The notes under the pieces: generated by a model
The model's database searches: none
The model's input: the letters and a program-made list of their open reading frames with translations, nothing else
Told to the model about the DNA's origin: nothing
Made by a program: the position numbers and the translations under genes
Shown: piece by piece, positions 10,428 through 21,913 of the stretch
How the letters are laid out: every line of letters starts with the position of its first letter
Numbering within the stretch: position 1 is the stretch's first letter
Assembly: GCA_963815195.1 (NCBI GenBank)
Contig: CAWFGE010000023.1
Span: 128,001 to 192,000, forward strand
From: an uncultured Planctomycetaceae bacterium
Lineage (GTDB): Bacteria; Planctomycetota; Planctomycetia; Planctomycetales; Planctomycetaceae
Direction of reading: 5' to 3'
Length of the DNA: 64,000 bases

Positions 10428-10859
10428 TCAATCGCCGCGGGTGGTGGTCGTGCAGGCGAAGTCGAGCCGCAGGCAGGTTTGCCCGCCGACGGACGCTTTT
10501 CCCGAAAGGAAGAAGGCGCTTGCGAGCTTTTCGATCAGGGTGACTTCGATGTCGAGCGTCTCGCCGGGACACACCATTCGCCGAAACCGCGTGTTGTTTT
10601 GGCGGGTGACGACGGGGATTTGTCCCGGCTCGACCGGATGCATTTTGGCAATCAGCACGGCCGCGGCTTGAAAGCAGGCCTCGCATTGGAGCACGCCGGG
10701 CAAGACCGGAAAACCGGGATAATGGCCCTCGAACACGGGCAGGCCGGGATCGAGATATTTGCGGGCGTGAATCGTGGTCTCGCCGATCTCCACAACCTCG
10801 TCCAGCCACAAAAACGGCGGCCGGTGCGGAATCAGCTTTTGAATCTCGTCGATGTTCAT
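10428..10859 (-). CDS. fabZ: 3-hydroxyacyl-ACP dehydratase (FabZ family)
   Basis: LIPHRPPFLWLD, FEGHYPGFPVLPGVLQCEACFQ, FRRMVCPG. Confidence 0.88.
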   Translation of the reverse strand: MNIDEIQKLIPHRPPFLWLDEVVEIGETTIHARKYLDPGLPVFEGHYPGFPVLPGVLQCEACFQAAAVLIAKMHPVEPGQIPVVTRQNNTRFRRMVCPGETLDIEVTLIEKLASAFFLSGKASVGGQTCLRLDFACTTTTRGD

Positions 10860-10925
10860 GGGATTAACTTGATGGCCGATTTCGTTTCTCGGTCGAGATT
10901 TCAACCTGTGACCGTATCGGAAAAA

Positions 10926-11031
10926 ACAGAATCATGCAGCACAAAACCATGTTTTGCAATCCTCGCGGCAGATCCTTTGACAATGAAGCCGCAGCAAAGG
11001 CTTCGAATGATTCTGTGCCTCATGATTCTGT
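10926..11031. repeat. 25-bp imperfect inverted repeat pair
   Basis: ACAGAATCATGCAGCACAAAACCAT (10926-10950) vs ATGATTCTGTGCCTCATGATTCTGT (11007-11031). Confidence 0.7.
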
Positions 11032-11044
11032 ATTTGCTCAATCG

Positions 11045-11580
11045 CCGAATGCAAGCCTTTGGGTGGCTGGGCGCAAATTCCCCTTGGAGTAAGGCTAGAA
11101 CTGTGAATGCTGGGGCTGTGGCCGAGCGAGAAAAATATCGCACGGCCCCAGGCCTCCGAATGCAAGCGTTTGGGTGGCTGGGGCGCAAATTCCCCTTGGA
11201 GTAAGGCTAGAACTGTGAATGCTGGGGCTATGGCCGGGCGAGAAAAATTTCGCACGGCCCCAGGCCTCAATTCTGCTTTTTCCTTGGAACATTCCTTTGC
11301 GCCCCAGCCACCCCCGGCACTTTCGACTTACAGTCTGAGTAACAACGTCAAAAAAACCTCAGGCGAAAAACAACCGGGTGACGGCTCCCAAGGCGAGGTG
11401 AATGCTGGGGCTGTGGCCGGGCGAGAAAAATTTCGCACGGCCCCAGGCCTCAAATCTGCTTTTTCCTTGGAACATTCCTTTGCGCCCCAGCCACCCCCGG
11501 CACTTTCGACTTACAGTCTGAGTAACAACGTCAAAAAATCCTCAGGCGAAAAACAACCGGGTGACGGCTCCCAAGGCGAG
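11045..11580. repeat. Nested tandem duplications (~112 bp x2, ~183 bp x2) built on REP-like inverted repeats
   Basis: 11045-11156 matches 11157-11268; 11215-11397 matches 11398-11580; GGGTGGCTGGGGCGCAAA / TTTGCGCCCCAGCCACCC inverted repeat. Confidence 0.9.
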
Positions 11581-12246
11581 GCCGGCGAGGACGCCGGCGG
11601 GGAGTTGGTGGAGGGCATAACCCAGGCCCCAACCCAAAGCCGGCCGCCAGCCGCGGTTGTCGCCCGCGATTTGCCACCCGACGTATTCGCCCAGCGAGCT
11701 TCGCGTGGCGTCGAACACGACGCGGTTGCGGCGGAAGCCCAAAAACAGCCCCAAAAGAAGTCCCTGCACGCCCAACCCCAATCCGCCCAACACACACCAC
11801 GTCGCCAGGGCGGGCCAGGCGGTTTCGAGTCCCGCAATGATTGGAAACAAAGCCGCCGCGAACACCAATCCCCCGCCGAAGGACGCCAGCGCTGTCGGCC
11901 AGGGCAGGCTTTTGGCGAACGCCACGCGGTCGGCGTGTTGCTGGGGCGAGAGGCTGACGAAACCCGCATAGGGGTTGTTCTCGTGGCGAAACAGCCAAAA
12001 CACCCACTCCACCGCGATCCCGTAAATGCTGCTGAGCACCACCAGGCCCAAATATCCGCCCGCCGCCCACGCGGTCTGGGGGGAATATCCCGCCCGGAAC
12101 AGAACGCTCAGCCCCCAGGCGAACAGGCCGCTGACCAGAAATCCCCCGCACCAGATCACGGCCCAGCGAAGGGCGCTGCCCAGCACGCGGACGAAGCTTC
12201 CCAGCACCACCAATCCGAGAATCAGGGGCAACAACAGAATCGGCAT
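11542..12246 (-). CDS. Hypothetical polytopic membrane protein (start uncertain; ORF open to 12423)
   Basis: About 6 Gly-rich hydrophobic segments. Confidence 0.7.
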   Translation of the reverse strand: MPILLLPLILGLVVLGSFVRVLGSALRWAVIWCGGFLVSGLFAWGLSVLFRAGYSPQTAWAAGGYLGLVVLSSIYGIAVEWVFWLFRHENNPYAGFVSLSPQQHADRVAFAKSLPWPTALASFGGGLVFAAALFPIIAGLETAWPALATWCVLGGLGLGVQGLLLGLFLGFRRNRVVFDATRSSLGEYVGWQIAGDNRGWRPALGWGLGYALHQLPAGVLAGLALGAVTRLFFA

Positions 12247-12655
12247 CCAGACCTGCAAACCCACGATGGGGAAATGCGGTTGCCGGGGAAACGAAGCGGC
12301 GGCTTGGTGCTCCACCCTGCGAAGTGTCGCCTTCACCGCGGCCCGCCGTGCCGGGGAAAGACGAAAATGATGCAAGGTTTGTCCTGGTCGCGACGGACTC
12401 CGCGCTAAAACCGGCATCTCCACGCTCCTTCCGAGTTGTTACGGTCAGGGGGTTCTTCACCAAACTCCGCAGGACAAATGACCAAGACCCATCCACAATT
12501 TCCGAATCGCGATGGAACCTTGCCATCCAATCAGTATACTAAAATGCTGGAGGAGGCAGGCGCGGATTTTGCAGCCTGCGGGAAAAACGGTCCTGCGTCC
12601 GCCCAGATGGGGAAATCCGCCATTGCCGATTCGATTGGTCTCAGGGAGAAATTTC

Positions 12656-15600
12656 ATGATGTCTCGGTCCAATGCCACAGACAAAAGGCTCGCCTCGGTT
12701 CGATGGTGGGGCTTGGCGACCATGTGTTGGTTGGGGCTGGCCAATCTGGGTTGGGGGCAATTTGGGGGGGGCGGATTTTTTCCCAATCCCGGCACCCTGG
12801 CCGACGGGGAGGGCGTCCCGTCCACCGGAACGCCTTTGGACATCGACCGCCGATTGAAGCAGTCGATCAATCTGGCGGAAGACTATCTGGCCGAGGGGAA
12901 AACGCCCGAAGCTCTCGAAATCTGGCAAAACGTTTTGACCCATGCGAAGAACGCGCTGACTTCGCACGACGACTGGAACGTAAAAACCTCGTTCGCCAAG
13001 CGGAACTACACGGTGTATCGGCCGATCACCGCCGACATCGAACGCCGCCTGGCGAAGTTACCCGCGGGGGATTTGCGGCTGTATCGCCAGACGTACGACC
13101 CCGACGCCGAGCTGCTGCTCAAGCACAAGGGCCAATCCGGCCGTCTCTCGGCGTTGGAAGAAATCGTCGATCATTACTTCATGAGCTCGCTCGGCGATGA
13201 GGCCGCGTATTATCTCGCGATGATGCGGTTCGACGAGGGCGACTACGTCGGGTCGGCGCGGCTGATGCACAAAATCCTGACCAACTATCCCGAGAGCAAC
13301 ATCTCTCCCAAGCAGCTTCGCTACCGGTTGGCACTCGCGTGCGTTCGCATGCGGGACTTTGCGAGCGCGAAACAATACTGGGACGAATACACGCAGTTGG
13401 CGGGAAATCCGGTTCCTGAAATCAGCCGCCGCCGATTCCGCCAAGAACTGGCCCGGGCGGAAAAATCGCCGCAGCCGACGGCGGGGCGGCCGGCGTCGTG
13501 GCGGATGCAATTCGGCGGGCCGGCCCGCAATCTCGACATGGCGGCGCTCCCGCCCGATTCGCTGGACGAGCAGCTCTCGGAGAATTGGGTGGTTCCGTTT
13601 GAAACCCAAATCCAGCAAACCGTTCCCAACAACCGCTCCAACACGCGGACCTTGGTCATGGCCGGCGGGCGGATCGTGCAAGTCGCCCGGCCGTTAAACG
13701 GCTCTTCCCCGGCTTCCAACCCGTGGAAATCCCTGGCGGATGAATGGCGCAACAACGCTTGGATGCCGGCCCGGCAATTGTATTTCGAGCAGGGGCGGAT
13801 GTTCGTCAACGGCAACGGCCGGGTGATGTGCTTCGATCCCAAAGAAGGCCGAACGGTCTGGATGGGCCGCCGCTACCAATACGAAGCCGACTCCGCGATC
13901 CGCTACTTCGCCGCCGTGGGGGGGAATCTCAATCAAGGTGCGGGACGGCTGCCGACGACGATTCCGGAAATCCGCTTGTTCGGCGATCGGCTGCATCCGT
14001 CGATGACGATCGACGACGGCACGCTGTATGCTTTGGAAGGGGAGTTGCTCGATTGGGGCGTCAAACCCCGCGACGACGCGATGCAAAACACGAACGTGGT
14101 GCTGGGACTCAGACGGGCGCGGAAGAACTGCATGGCCGCTTACGATGCCCGCACCGGCAAGTTGAAATGGCATCGCGAAGCCGGCGATCCCGGAAAAGAA
14201 AAAGAGGATCCCGAGAACGCGGCCGGACCCACGGCATTTCTGGGTTCTCCGGTTCCGTTTGGCGATCGGCTGCTGGTGCCGGTTTCCCACAAGGGCGAAC
14301 TGTGGATCTATTCGCTCTACAAAGACACGGGGACGACGGATTGGAAGATCTTTCTCTGGGACGAGCCGCTCGACGGCGTTTCGCCGTGGTCGGCGATCGG
14401 CACGGCCGTCGAGGGAGCGGATTTGTACGTCGCCACCGGCATGGGGCTGGTGTTTGCCCTGGATGCCTCGACCGGCAAAGTCCATTGGGCCACGCGGTAT
14501 GACCGGGAAGGCTTCCGTCCCAGCGGGAACCGGCGGGTCGTCAATCCCGCCTCGCTTGCCTCCTCCGTGAAGCATGGCTGGCTGGAAGATGTGATCATCC
14601 CGCAAGGCAATCAACTCGTGGTGATGCCCTCGGATTACGACCGCGTCCTCGCGCTCGATCGCCGCACCGGAAACCTGCTCTGGGATTCGCCGCAGGTGCC
14701 CTTCGAAGGCGACGCCCGCGCCAGCTATTGCCTGGGCGTTTCGGGGCAAGGCTTGTTCGTCGGCGGGAAAGACGTAGTGCGAAAATACGACATTCCGTCC
14801 GGCAAATTGCTCTGGGAGCTTGTGTTGGGCGATTTTCCCCTGTCCGGCCAACCGGCGTTGACACCCAAAGCGATCTACATTCCCCAGCGGGACTCCATCC
14901 TCCAGGTCGATCCCGAAACCGGCCGCCGGCTCGCCCAAACCAAAGTCTTCACCCCCACCGGCGAACCCTTGGGGAACTTGTTCTCCGACGGCCGGCATTT
15001 GTACGGCGTGGGCAGCCAGCGGGTGTACGCCTTGGAAAGCCTGACCGACCGCATGCGAACGTTGGCCAAGCGGATCGAGGAAGGCGACGGCGAGGCCCAA
15101 CTCACGCGGATGCGGATTCATCTGCAACGGGGAAACCGGCTGGCCGCGATCGACGACCTGCGGGCCGCTTGCCGAAAGATTCGCCAGCGCGAGGGGCTCG
15201 TCCATTCGTGGGTCGCACTTTACGGCGGCCTCGAAGAACTCAACCTGCCCTCGAACGAGCCGGAAACCGCGCTGGCCATGCTGGTGGAATCGCATCTGCC
15301 CGCGATCGCCCAGGAAGACGCCTTGCGCGGCGAGATTTCCGACTCCATCAATTCCACCCTCGAATCCCAGCGCGGCCGCTTGATTTTCTCGGCCCTGCAA
15401 GCGGTGGGAACCGGCAAACAAACGACCGCTCTGGAGACCGTGCTCGCGGCGACCGCGCTTTGCACCACGCCGCAATTGGAAACGTTCGCCGTCCGCACCG
15501 TGGGCGATTTGGCCGCGGAGGAGCATCGCGGGCTTTTGGACAGGGCCCTCAAGAACGGAACCGTGCCCGTGCGCCTCGCCGCCGCGGAGGGGTTGCTCAA

Positions 15601-16640
15601 AATCGCACCGGACGACTCGCAAACGATCGCGGGCGGCTTGCTCGGCGATCCCGAAGACCGGGTCCGGCTCCGCGGGGCGCTCGTGCTGGCGAACCAAGGC
15701 GACCACAAAGTGCTTCCGGTGCTCGGAGGAGCTGCTCGAATCGGAGGACCTCAACGTGCGCGTGCACGGGGCTTCCATTTTGCGGGCCCTGACGGGGCAG
15801 AACTTCCGCTTCACCGCGTATGAAAAACCCGATGTTCGCGCGGCGGTGGTCTCCAAGTGGAAACACTGGATCGAAACCGAAGGCCCCGCCGCCAAGCTGA
15901 CGTTTCCCCTCAAATACGGCGCCGCGCCGCGCGGCCGGACGCTCTACACCGTTTACAACAACAATACGATCTACGAAACGGATCCCAGCGGAAACATCGT
16001 CTGGCGGCAAAGCATCTCGGGACCGTGGGCGTGCCAGGGGCTTCCCAACGGGCACCGCCTCGTCGGTTCCTACCGGACCCGCTCCCTCCAAGAGTTTGAC
16101 GAGAGCGGCAAGGAGGTCTGGAGAAAAGACAGCCTCCCCGGGGCCCCCTACAGCGTCCAGCGGTTGGACAACGGCAACACCTTGGTGAGCTGCTCGAACA
16201 ACCGCGTTTACGAATACACGCCGGACGGGAAAATCGCCTGGGAAACCGATGTCACCGGAACCCCTCGCTCCGTGAGCCGGTTGGACAACGGCAATACCCT
16301 CATTGCGGTTTACAGCCAGAACGAAGTCGTGGAAGTGGACGTCAAAGGCAAGGTCGTCTGGAGGGCCGGGAATGTCAACACCCCCATGACGGCCCAACGC
16401 CTGCCCAACGGGCATACCCTCGTGGGCCAGTATAACAGCCATCTGATCGTCGAACTCGACGAGAGCGGCAAGTCCGTGTGGAGCAAGCAATGGCCGTATC
16501 CGTTGTTCGATGTCCAGCGGCTCGACACCGGCAATACGATCGTCGCCGATTCTATCGGCTGGACGGAGATCGATCCCGAAGGAAAAACCGTGAAACAGGT
16601 CCGCCAAACCAACGGCATCCGGTGCGTGTCCCGGTTTTAA
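12656..16640 (+). CDS. Large exported TPR + PQQ-like beta-propeller + HEAT + second beta-propeller protein; frameshift near 15728
   Basis: Signal-like N-terminus, TPR-like helices, repeated A.D..TG...W blades, HEAT repeats (VRLAAAEGL, VRLRGALVL); continues in the next frame with QRL.NGNTL blades. Confidence 0.85.
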
Positions 16641-16725
16641 GTCCGGTCCTCAACCCGTTGGAATCCGGCGACCGGGACGGGCTTTTCCCAAACAGAAACA
16701 GAAATCCCAAAAAACGGAGCCTCTC

Positions 16726-18435
16726 ATGCCCTTGAGTGGTATCACAGTACAACCTGAGTTTTCGGCAATCGAGAGTCCTTCGCGGAGACGGCTGGGTCTT
16801 TTTGGGTGGGCGGTGTTTTTTGCTCTCGCAGCGGGCGAATGCGTGGTGGCCCAAGCTCAGGCCGCGCCGCTCGATCCCGGCAGCGTCGAGCGGATCAAAA
16901 CGGAGCTCAAAGACATCGGCATCCAGCCGACCGCCGAGGGCCTCGGGGAATATCTCAAAGACCTGCATCCGAGTTCCGAAACGGCGGCGCGGATGAAAAA
17001 GCTGATTTCCGACTTGGGCGACGAGGATTTCTACCGCCGGGAGGCCGCGATGACGGAACTCTTGCGGCTGCCGGTGCATTCTCCGCAGATCTTTCAAAAA
17101 GCCATCGACGCGGGCGACGCGGAGATTCGCTGGCGGGCGAAGCAGGTGCTCAAGCTCGGAAATTCCCGCACCGAGCGGGTGTTGCATTCGGCGTTTCAGT
17201 TGATTCGGCAGGAGAAAATGGCGGGGCTGTTTGCCCCGGTGCTTGATGCGATTCCCTTCTGCACCGAGACTTACATCCGCGAGGAAGCGCTCAAAACCCT
17301 CAAAACCATTGCGACCGCCGAGGATGTGCCCATGATCCAAGCCGCGCTCAATCGCTCCGACCAGCCGACGCGGGAAATCGCAATCGCGACGCTCGAACAC
17401 GTCGTCAAAGGCGACGCCGATCCCGATCTGATGCCGTTTCTGAAGTCGGACGATCAAAGTTTGCGGCTGGCGGCGGCGCGGGCGCTGCTCAATCACGGCC
17501 GCCGCGGGGCCTTGCCGATGCTGGTCGATCTGCTCAATGCCGACGATCTGGACATTCGCGCAAGAACGGCGGAAACGCTCCGCCTGGCGACGGGGCAGAA
17601 TTTTTCCTTTGTCGCCTACGACACCGTGTCGCGGCGCGGCGTCGCGCACAGCAAATGGGTCAATTGGGTGGCGAACAACGCCACGACCGCCAAGCTCAAT
17701 TTCCCGATCCCCGACGGTCCCATCACCCGCCAGCACACGCTGATTTGCAACTATTCGCTCAAGAAAGTCGTCGAGCTGGACGCGAATCACAAAGAGGTCT
17801 GGTCCACGGAATTGGACGGAGCCTGGGGCTGCCAGGGACTTTCCAACGGGCATCGGCTCGTTACGTCCTACTCGCAGCGATCGATCATCGAATACGACAC
17901 GGCCGGGAAAAAGATCTGGGAGAAAAACCAACTCCCCGGTTTGCCCTACAGCGTCGAGCGGCTCGGCAACGGCAACACGCTCGTCACCTGCTCCAACAAC
18001 CAGGTGCTGGAATACTCGCCCGACGGGAAGATGGCCTGGCAGCACCAACTCACCGGTACGCCGCGGGATGCGCAGCGGCTCGGCAACGGAAACACCCTGG
18101 TCGTGCTCTACTCCACCCAGCAAATCGTGGAACTCGACCGGAAAGGCAAAGAAGTCTGGAAACTGGAGAACATGCAGAGGCCGCTGTGCGCCCAACGGCT
18201 CGACAACGGGAACACGCTCATCTGCCAATTGTCAGGCCGCCGGCTCGTGGAAGTTGACCGCAAAGGCGACGAGGTCTGGTCGCAGAATATGAACTTCTCG
18301 GTCTACGACGCCCAGCGCCTTCCCAACGGCAACACGCTGGTCGTCGGAGCGACCGGAGCCGTGGAGTTCGACCGGCAGGGCCAAACCGTCTGGCAACGGA
18401 ACGAGCCCGGCATGCGCGGGATTCACCGGTTCTGA
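16726..18435 (+). CDS. Exported HEAT-repeat + beta-propeller protein
   Basis: Hydrophobic leader, LGDEDFYRREAA HEAT module, ~40-aa P.S.ERLGNGNTL...VE.D..GK.VW repeats. Confidence 0.88.
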   Translation: MPLSGITVQPEFSAIESPSRRRLGLFGWAVFFALAAGECVVAQAQAAPLDPGSVERIKTELKDIGIQPTAEGLGEYLKDLHPSSETAARMKKLISDLGDEDFYRREAAMTELLRLPVHSPQIFQKAIDAGDAEIRWRAKQVLKLGNSRTERVLHSAFQLIRQEKMAGLFAPVLDAIPFCTETYIREEALKTLKTIATAEDVPMIQAALNRSDQPTREIAIATLEHVVKGDADPDLMPFLKSDDQSLRLAAARALLNHGRRGALPMLVDLLNADDLDIRARTAETLRLATGQNFSFVAYDTVSRRGVAHSKWVNWVANNATTAKLNFPIPDGPITRQHTLICNYSLKKVVELDANHKEVWSTELDGAWGCQGLSNGHRLVTSYSQRSIIEYDTAGKKIWEKNQLPGLPYSVERLGNGNTLVTCSNNQVLEYSPDGKMAWQHQLTGTPRDAQRLGNGNTLVVLYSTQQIVELDRKGKEVWKLENMQRPLCAQRLDNGNTLICQLSGRRLVEVDRKGDEVWSQNMNFSVYDAQRLPNGNTLVVGATGAVEFDRQGQTVWQRNEPGMRGIHRF

Positions 18436-18474
18436 CCAACAATTGAAACGGACAACACGGAGTTTCCAAAATCT

Positions 18475-18555
18475 GAGCCGTCGGCGCTGGCCTCGGGTCT
18501 TCGACATGGGGACAAAAAGGCGAGCGGGGGGCGTAAGCCGCGTAAGCCCCTGGTT
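18475..18555. repeat. REP-like palindromes
   Basis: TGAGCCGTCGGCGCTGGCCTCGGG and GGCGAGCGGGGGGCGTAAGCC, the latter also at 47537 and 48667. Confidence 0.6.
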
Positions 18556-18675
18556 ATGTTGAGTCGTTCAAAAGTTGAAATTATTTTTTGGCGATCCCAG
18601 GCAATTTTCAAACAGGTTCTGACAACTGATGAAGAACAGGCGGTGGGAGTCATCGCCGTCATTGGAGTGCACAAC

Positions 18676-20337
18676 ATGTTTTGCTCCGCGAGGTTTTCTC
18701 CAAAAATCTGGTTTCTGTTGGGAGCCTTTTGTCTGGCCGCGTTTCCGGCATCCGGGCTCTGGGCCAGCGAAAAAGCGTTGGAGATTCTGGAAAACAATGG
18801 ACTGAGCGCGGACGCGGATTCGCTGCGGGGATATTTGGAGTCCCTGCAGCCCGACAGCGAAACCACGAAGCACATCCAAAAACTCGTGAGGCAACTGGGG
18901 GACGAGGATTTCTTTCAGCGGGAGGCGGCGATTCAGGAATTGGTCCGCACGCCGATTCATACCCCGGGCTTATTGCAGAACGCCATCGAGGGCGACGACC
19001 CGGAAATCGCCTGGCGGGCCAAGCAAGTGCAAAAGCTCTCGGGCGGCCAGACCGAACGGTTGCTGTACGCCGTGTTTTCGGTGATCGAGACCCGGAGAAT
19101 CCCCGGACTCGCCGAGGCGATTATTGAAGCCTTCCCGCATTGCGAGGATGACTTTCTCAAATCGCGCGCGGCAAAAGCCTTGGCCGAAACCGCCACGGCC
19201 GCCGATACCGGGCTTTTGAGCGAGACCGCTCTCGCGGCCAAGACGGAGTCCCCGCCGGAGACGGCGCTCCGGATCGCGGCGATCTCGGCGTTGGAGGCAG
19301 TCAGCGGAAAAGGCGCCGACGACACGCTCGCCCAATTGCTGGGGCGTTCCCAGCCGGACGAGATTCGCCTCTCCGCCAGCCGGGCGATGGCGAACCACGG
19401 AAGCCGGCGTTCCCTGGCGACCTTGGTCGGACTTTTGGAATCGGAAGATGTGCTCGTGCGGACCAAGGCCGTGCGAGTTTTGCGAGCCGTCACCGGGCAG
19501 CAATACGAGTTTCAGGCCCACGAGGACCCGGTGGACCGCTCCATCAAAGTGCTGGCCTGGAAGCGCTGGCTCGAAGAAGACAGCCCCGCCGCGAAGCTGA
19601 ATTTCCCGTTGGACGAGGTCACGATCAACTTCGGCCGCACGCTTCTCGCCAACTATTCGCGGCGAAAAGTCTACGAACTCGACGCGGCAGGCAAAGTGGT
19701 CTGGGAACAAGATGTCAGCGGCGTGTGGACGGTCCGCGGATTGGAAAACGGGCACCGGCTCGTCGCATCCTACACGGGAAAATTCCTGGTCGAATACGAC
19801 AACGCCGGCAAGGAAGTCTGGCGGTTCGACGATCTGCCCAACAAGCCCTACAGCATCCAGCGGCTGCCCAACGGCAACACGCTCGTGCCGGTCTATGGAA
19901 ACGAGATTCTGGAAATCCGCCCCGACAAGACCTTCGCCCGCCGCATCCGGCTTCCCGAAACCGTCAAATGGGCCGAGCAGTTGGAGAACGGCCGGATTCT
20001 TGTCGTGTTTTACAACAGCGGGCGCATCGCCGAGTTGGACAACGAAGGCGAAGTTCTCTGGCAGGTCGCCGGAATGGGCCAGCCCTATTCCGTGGAGCGG
20101 CTGGGCAACGGCAATACGCTCGTCGCCAACCGGCGGAACAACCAGGTCGTGGAAGTGGACCGCGACGGCAAAATCGTTTGGTCCTTTGGTGCCAAGCCCA
20201 GTTTGTACCGCGCCCAGCGACTCCGCAACGGCAACACGCTCATCGTGACCTCAGCCGGTGCCGTCGAAATCGATCCCGCGGGCGAAACCGTGTGGAGTCG
20301 CGACGAAAGCGGCCTCCGCGGCATCGACCGCTATTGA
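18676..20337 (+). CDS. Paralogous exported HEAT-repeat + beta-propeller protein
   Basis: Same architecture as the preceding gene (LGDEDFFQREAA, RLPNGNTL repeats, similar C-terminal GIDRY). Confidence 0.88.
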   Translation: MFCSARFSPKIWFLLGAFCLAAFPASGLWASEKALEILENNGLSADADSLRGYLESLQPDSETTKHIQKLVRQLGDEDFFQREAAIQELVRTPIHTPGLLQNAIEGDDPEIAWRAKQVQKLSGGQTERLLYAVFSVIETRRIPGLAEAIIEAFPHCEDDFLKSRAAKALAETATAADTGLLSETALAAKTESPPETALRIAAISALEAVSGKGADDTLAQLLGRSQPDEIRLSASRAMANHGSRRSLATLVGLLESEDVLVRTKAVRVLRAVTGQQYEFQAHEDPVDRSIKVLAWKRWLEEDSPAAKLNFPLDEVTINFGRTLLANYSRRKVYELDAAGKVVWEQDVSGVWTVRGLENGHRLVASYTGKFLVEYDNAGKEVWRFDDLPNKPYSIQRLPNGNTLVPVYGNEILEIRPDKTFARRIRLPETVKWAEQLENGRILVVFYNSGRIAELDNEGEVLWQVAGMGQPYSVERLGNGNTLVANRRNNQVVEVDRDGKIVWSFGAKPSLYRAQRLRNGNTLIVTSAGAVEIDPAGETVWSRDESGLRGIDRY

Positions 20338-20635
20338 GTCCCTTGGGGCGATTTCCTCCAATTCTCCCAACGTTCCTCCGCTCGCCGGTCATCGGGCTGT
20401 TAAACTTTAACGGCTATGCCGATTCTGCCGGGAAAATCGGTTTTTTCGGCCCGAAAATGCCACAAACGTTCCTGGTGTGCCGGTCGATCGGGCGATATGA
20501 GATAAGCACGAAAATCCGTTTTTCGTGAATCTGCCGCTCTTGCGGGCCGGATCAACCATTGGATCGCTTGATGGTTCCCACGCGGGATGGGTGTCTCACG
20601 ATCTTTGTTGTCCATTTTGGGGGGAGTTCTCAAGG

Positions 20636-21913
20636 ATGAGGAAGTTCTACAGGCATTCTCTGCTTTTGGCGGCGGCCGGAATCTTAGGTTTTTGCGGCTC
20701 TCCCCTCGGGGCCCAAACTTCGCCGGCTTCGATCAGTGAAGAACCCGCGGCTTTACCGGAAACGTTCAGCGGCGACGCGGGTGCGGGCGGACCGGCGGTT
20801 TGGCTCAGCCAGGTTCCGCCCGGCATCGAAACCCCCGCCCCGGAGAATTCCGCCGCGGACGTTCCTGCGGACGATTGGAGGAACGCACCGCCGCCGCCCG
20901 TCGCCGTGCCCCTGACGCCGAGTTGCCCGCCGCAGATCCCGATGAATTGGGTCAGCGAGGTCCCCGCGGGGCGAGGATATTTTGCCGAGGTGGACGCGAT
21001 CTGGCTGAAGCGGAATCCCTCGAAGAGCACGGTTCTCGCGACGCTCAATTCACCCGGGCATCCCGGCCGGCCGCAACTCATCGCCAGCGAAGACGTGAAT
21101 TTCGATTTTGAACCCGGCCTCCGCGTGCGGGCGGGCATGATGTTCAACCAATGCACGCAGCTCGAAGCCGTGTATTTCGGCGTCAACAACATGAACGGCA
21201 ACCCCGCCACCTTGAACCGGCTGCCCGGCCCCTTTGCATTGAACTCCATCTACACCGTTCTGAACAACACGCCTCTGCAATATCGCGCCGACGGCCAAAC
21301 CGAACTGCAAAGCGGGGAACTGAACCTTCGCCGGCGCAGCGGCAACGGCTACCTTTCCACTTCGGCCTTGGTCGGGTTTCGCTATCTCTACATCCAAGAC
21401 AAGCTGCGGCTGGACACCTTCGGCCCTCCGCCCACCGGCGGCCCGCTCGCCTACGAAACCACCTTGGCCAACGTGCGGAACAACATGTTCGGCCTCCAAG
21501 TCGGCGGCGACGTGAGCTACAACTGCAACCGCTGGCAACTGACCGGGAACGCGAAGGGCCTCTTGTATGCCAACTTCTACGACTCGATCGCCCAGAACGT
21601 GGTCAGCGATCCGTCCGGATATTTCCTCAAGGGCCCGACTTACCGAAACTCCAGCGATGAAGACAAACTCGCGACGCCGGGCGTCGGAGCCCAGGTGGGC
21701 CTGGACGCGGCGTTCGCCCTCACGCAAAACATCGTCCTCCGCGGAGGCTATCAACTGCTCGTGCTTTCGAACGTCGCGATCGGGTCGGAGCAGCTTCCCC
21801 AAGTCCGCCGCTCTCCCGCGCTCGGAGCCCGCATCACCAACCCCCACCGCGAACGGGAACTCAACAGCCTGCTATTCCACGGCCCCTCGGCCGGACTGGA
21901 GATTCGCTGGTAA
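20636..21913 (+). CDS. Planctomycete outer-membrane beta-barrel protein (BBP7-like)
   Basis: Signal peptide, Pro-rich linker, SGELNLR, GFRYL.I.D.L, NNMFGLQVG, LRGGY, C-terminal FHGPSAGLEIRW. Confidence 0.8.
   Translation: MRKFYRHSLLLAAAGILGFCGSPLGAQTSPASISEEPAALPETFSGDAGAGGPAVWLSQVPPGIETPAPENSAADVPADDWRNAPPPPVAVPLTPSCPPQIPMNWVSEVPAGRGYFAEVDAIWLKRNPSKSTVLATLNSPGHPGRPQLIASEDVNFDFEPGLRVRAGMMFNQCTQLEAVYFGVNNMNGNPATLNRLPGPFALNSIYTVLNNTPLQYRADGQTELQSGELNLRRRSGNGYLSTSALVGFRYLYIQDKLRLDTFGPPPTGGPLAYETTLANVRNNMFGLQVGGDVSYNCNRWQLTGNAKGLLYANFYDSIAQNVVSDPSGYFLKGPTYRNSSDEDKLATPGVGAQVGLDAAFALTQNIVLRGGYQLLVLSNVAIGSEQLPQVRRSPALGARITNPHRERELNSLLFHGPSAGLEIRW

Noticed and set aside
11045..11580. CRISPR array, or coding ORF 11107-12408
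   Set aside because: Intervening sequences are themselves duplicated rather than unique spacers; the ORF is repeat read-through plus antisense of the membrane gene
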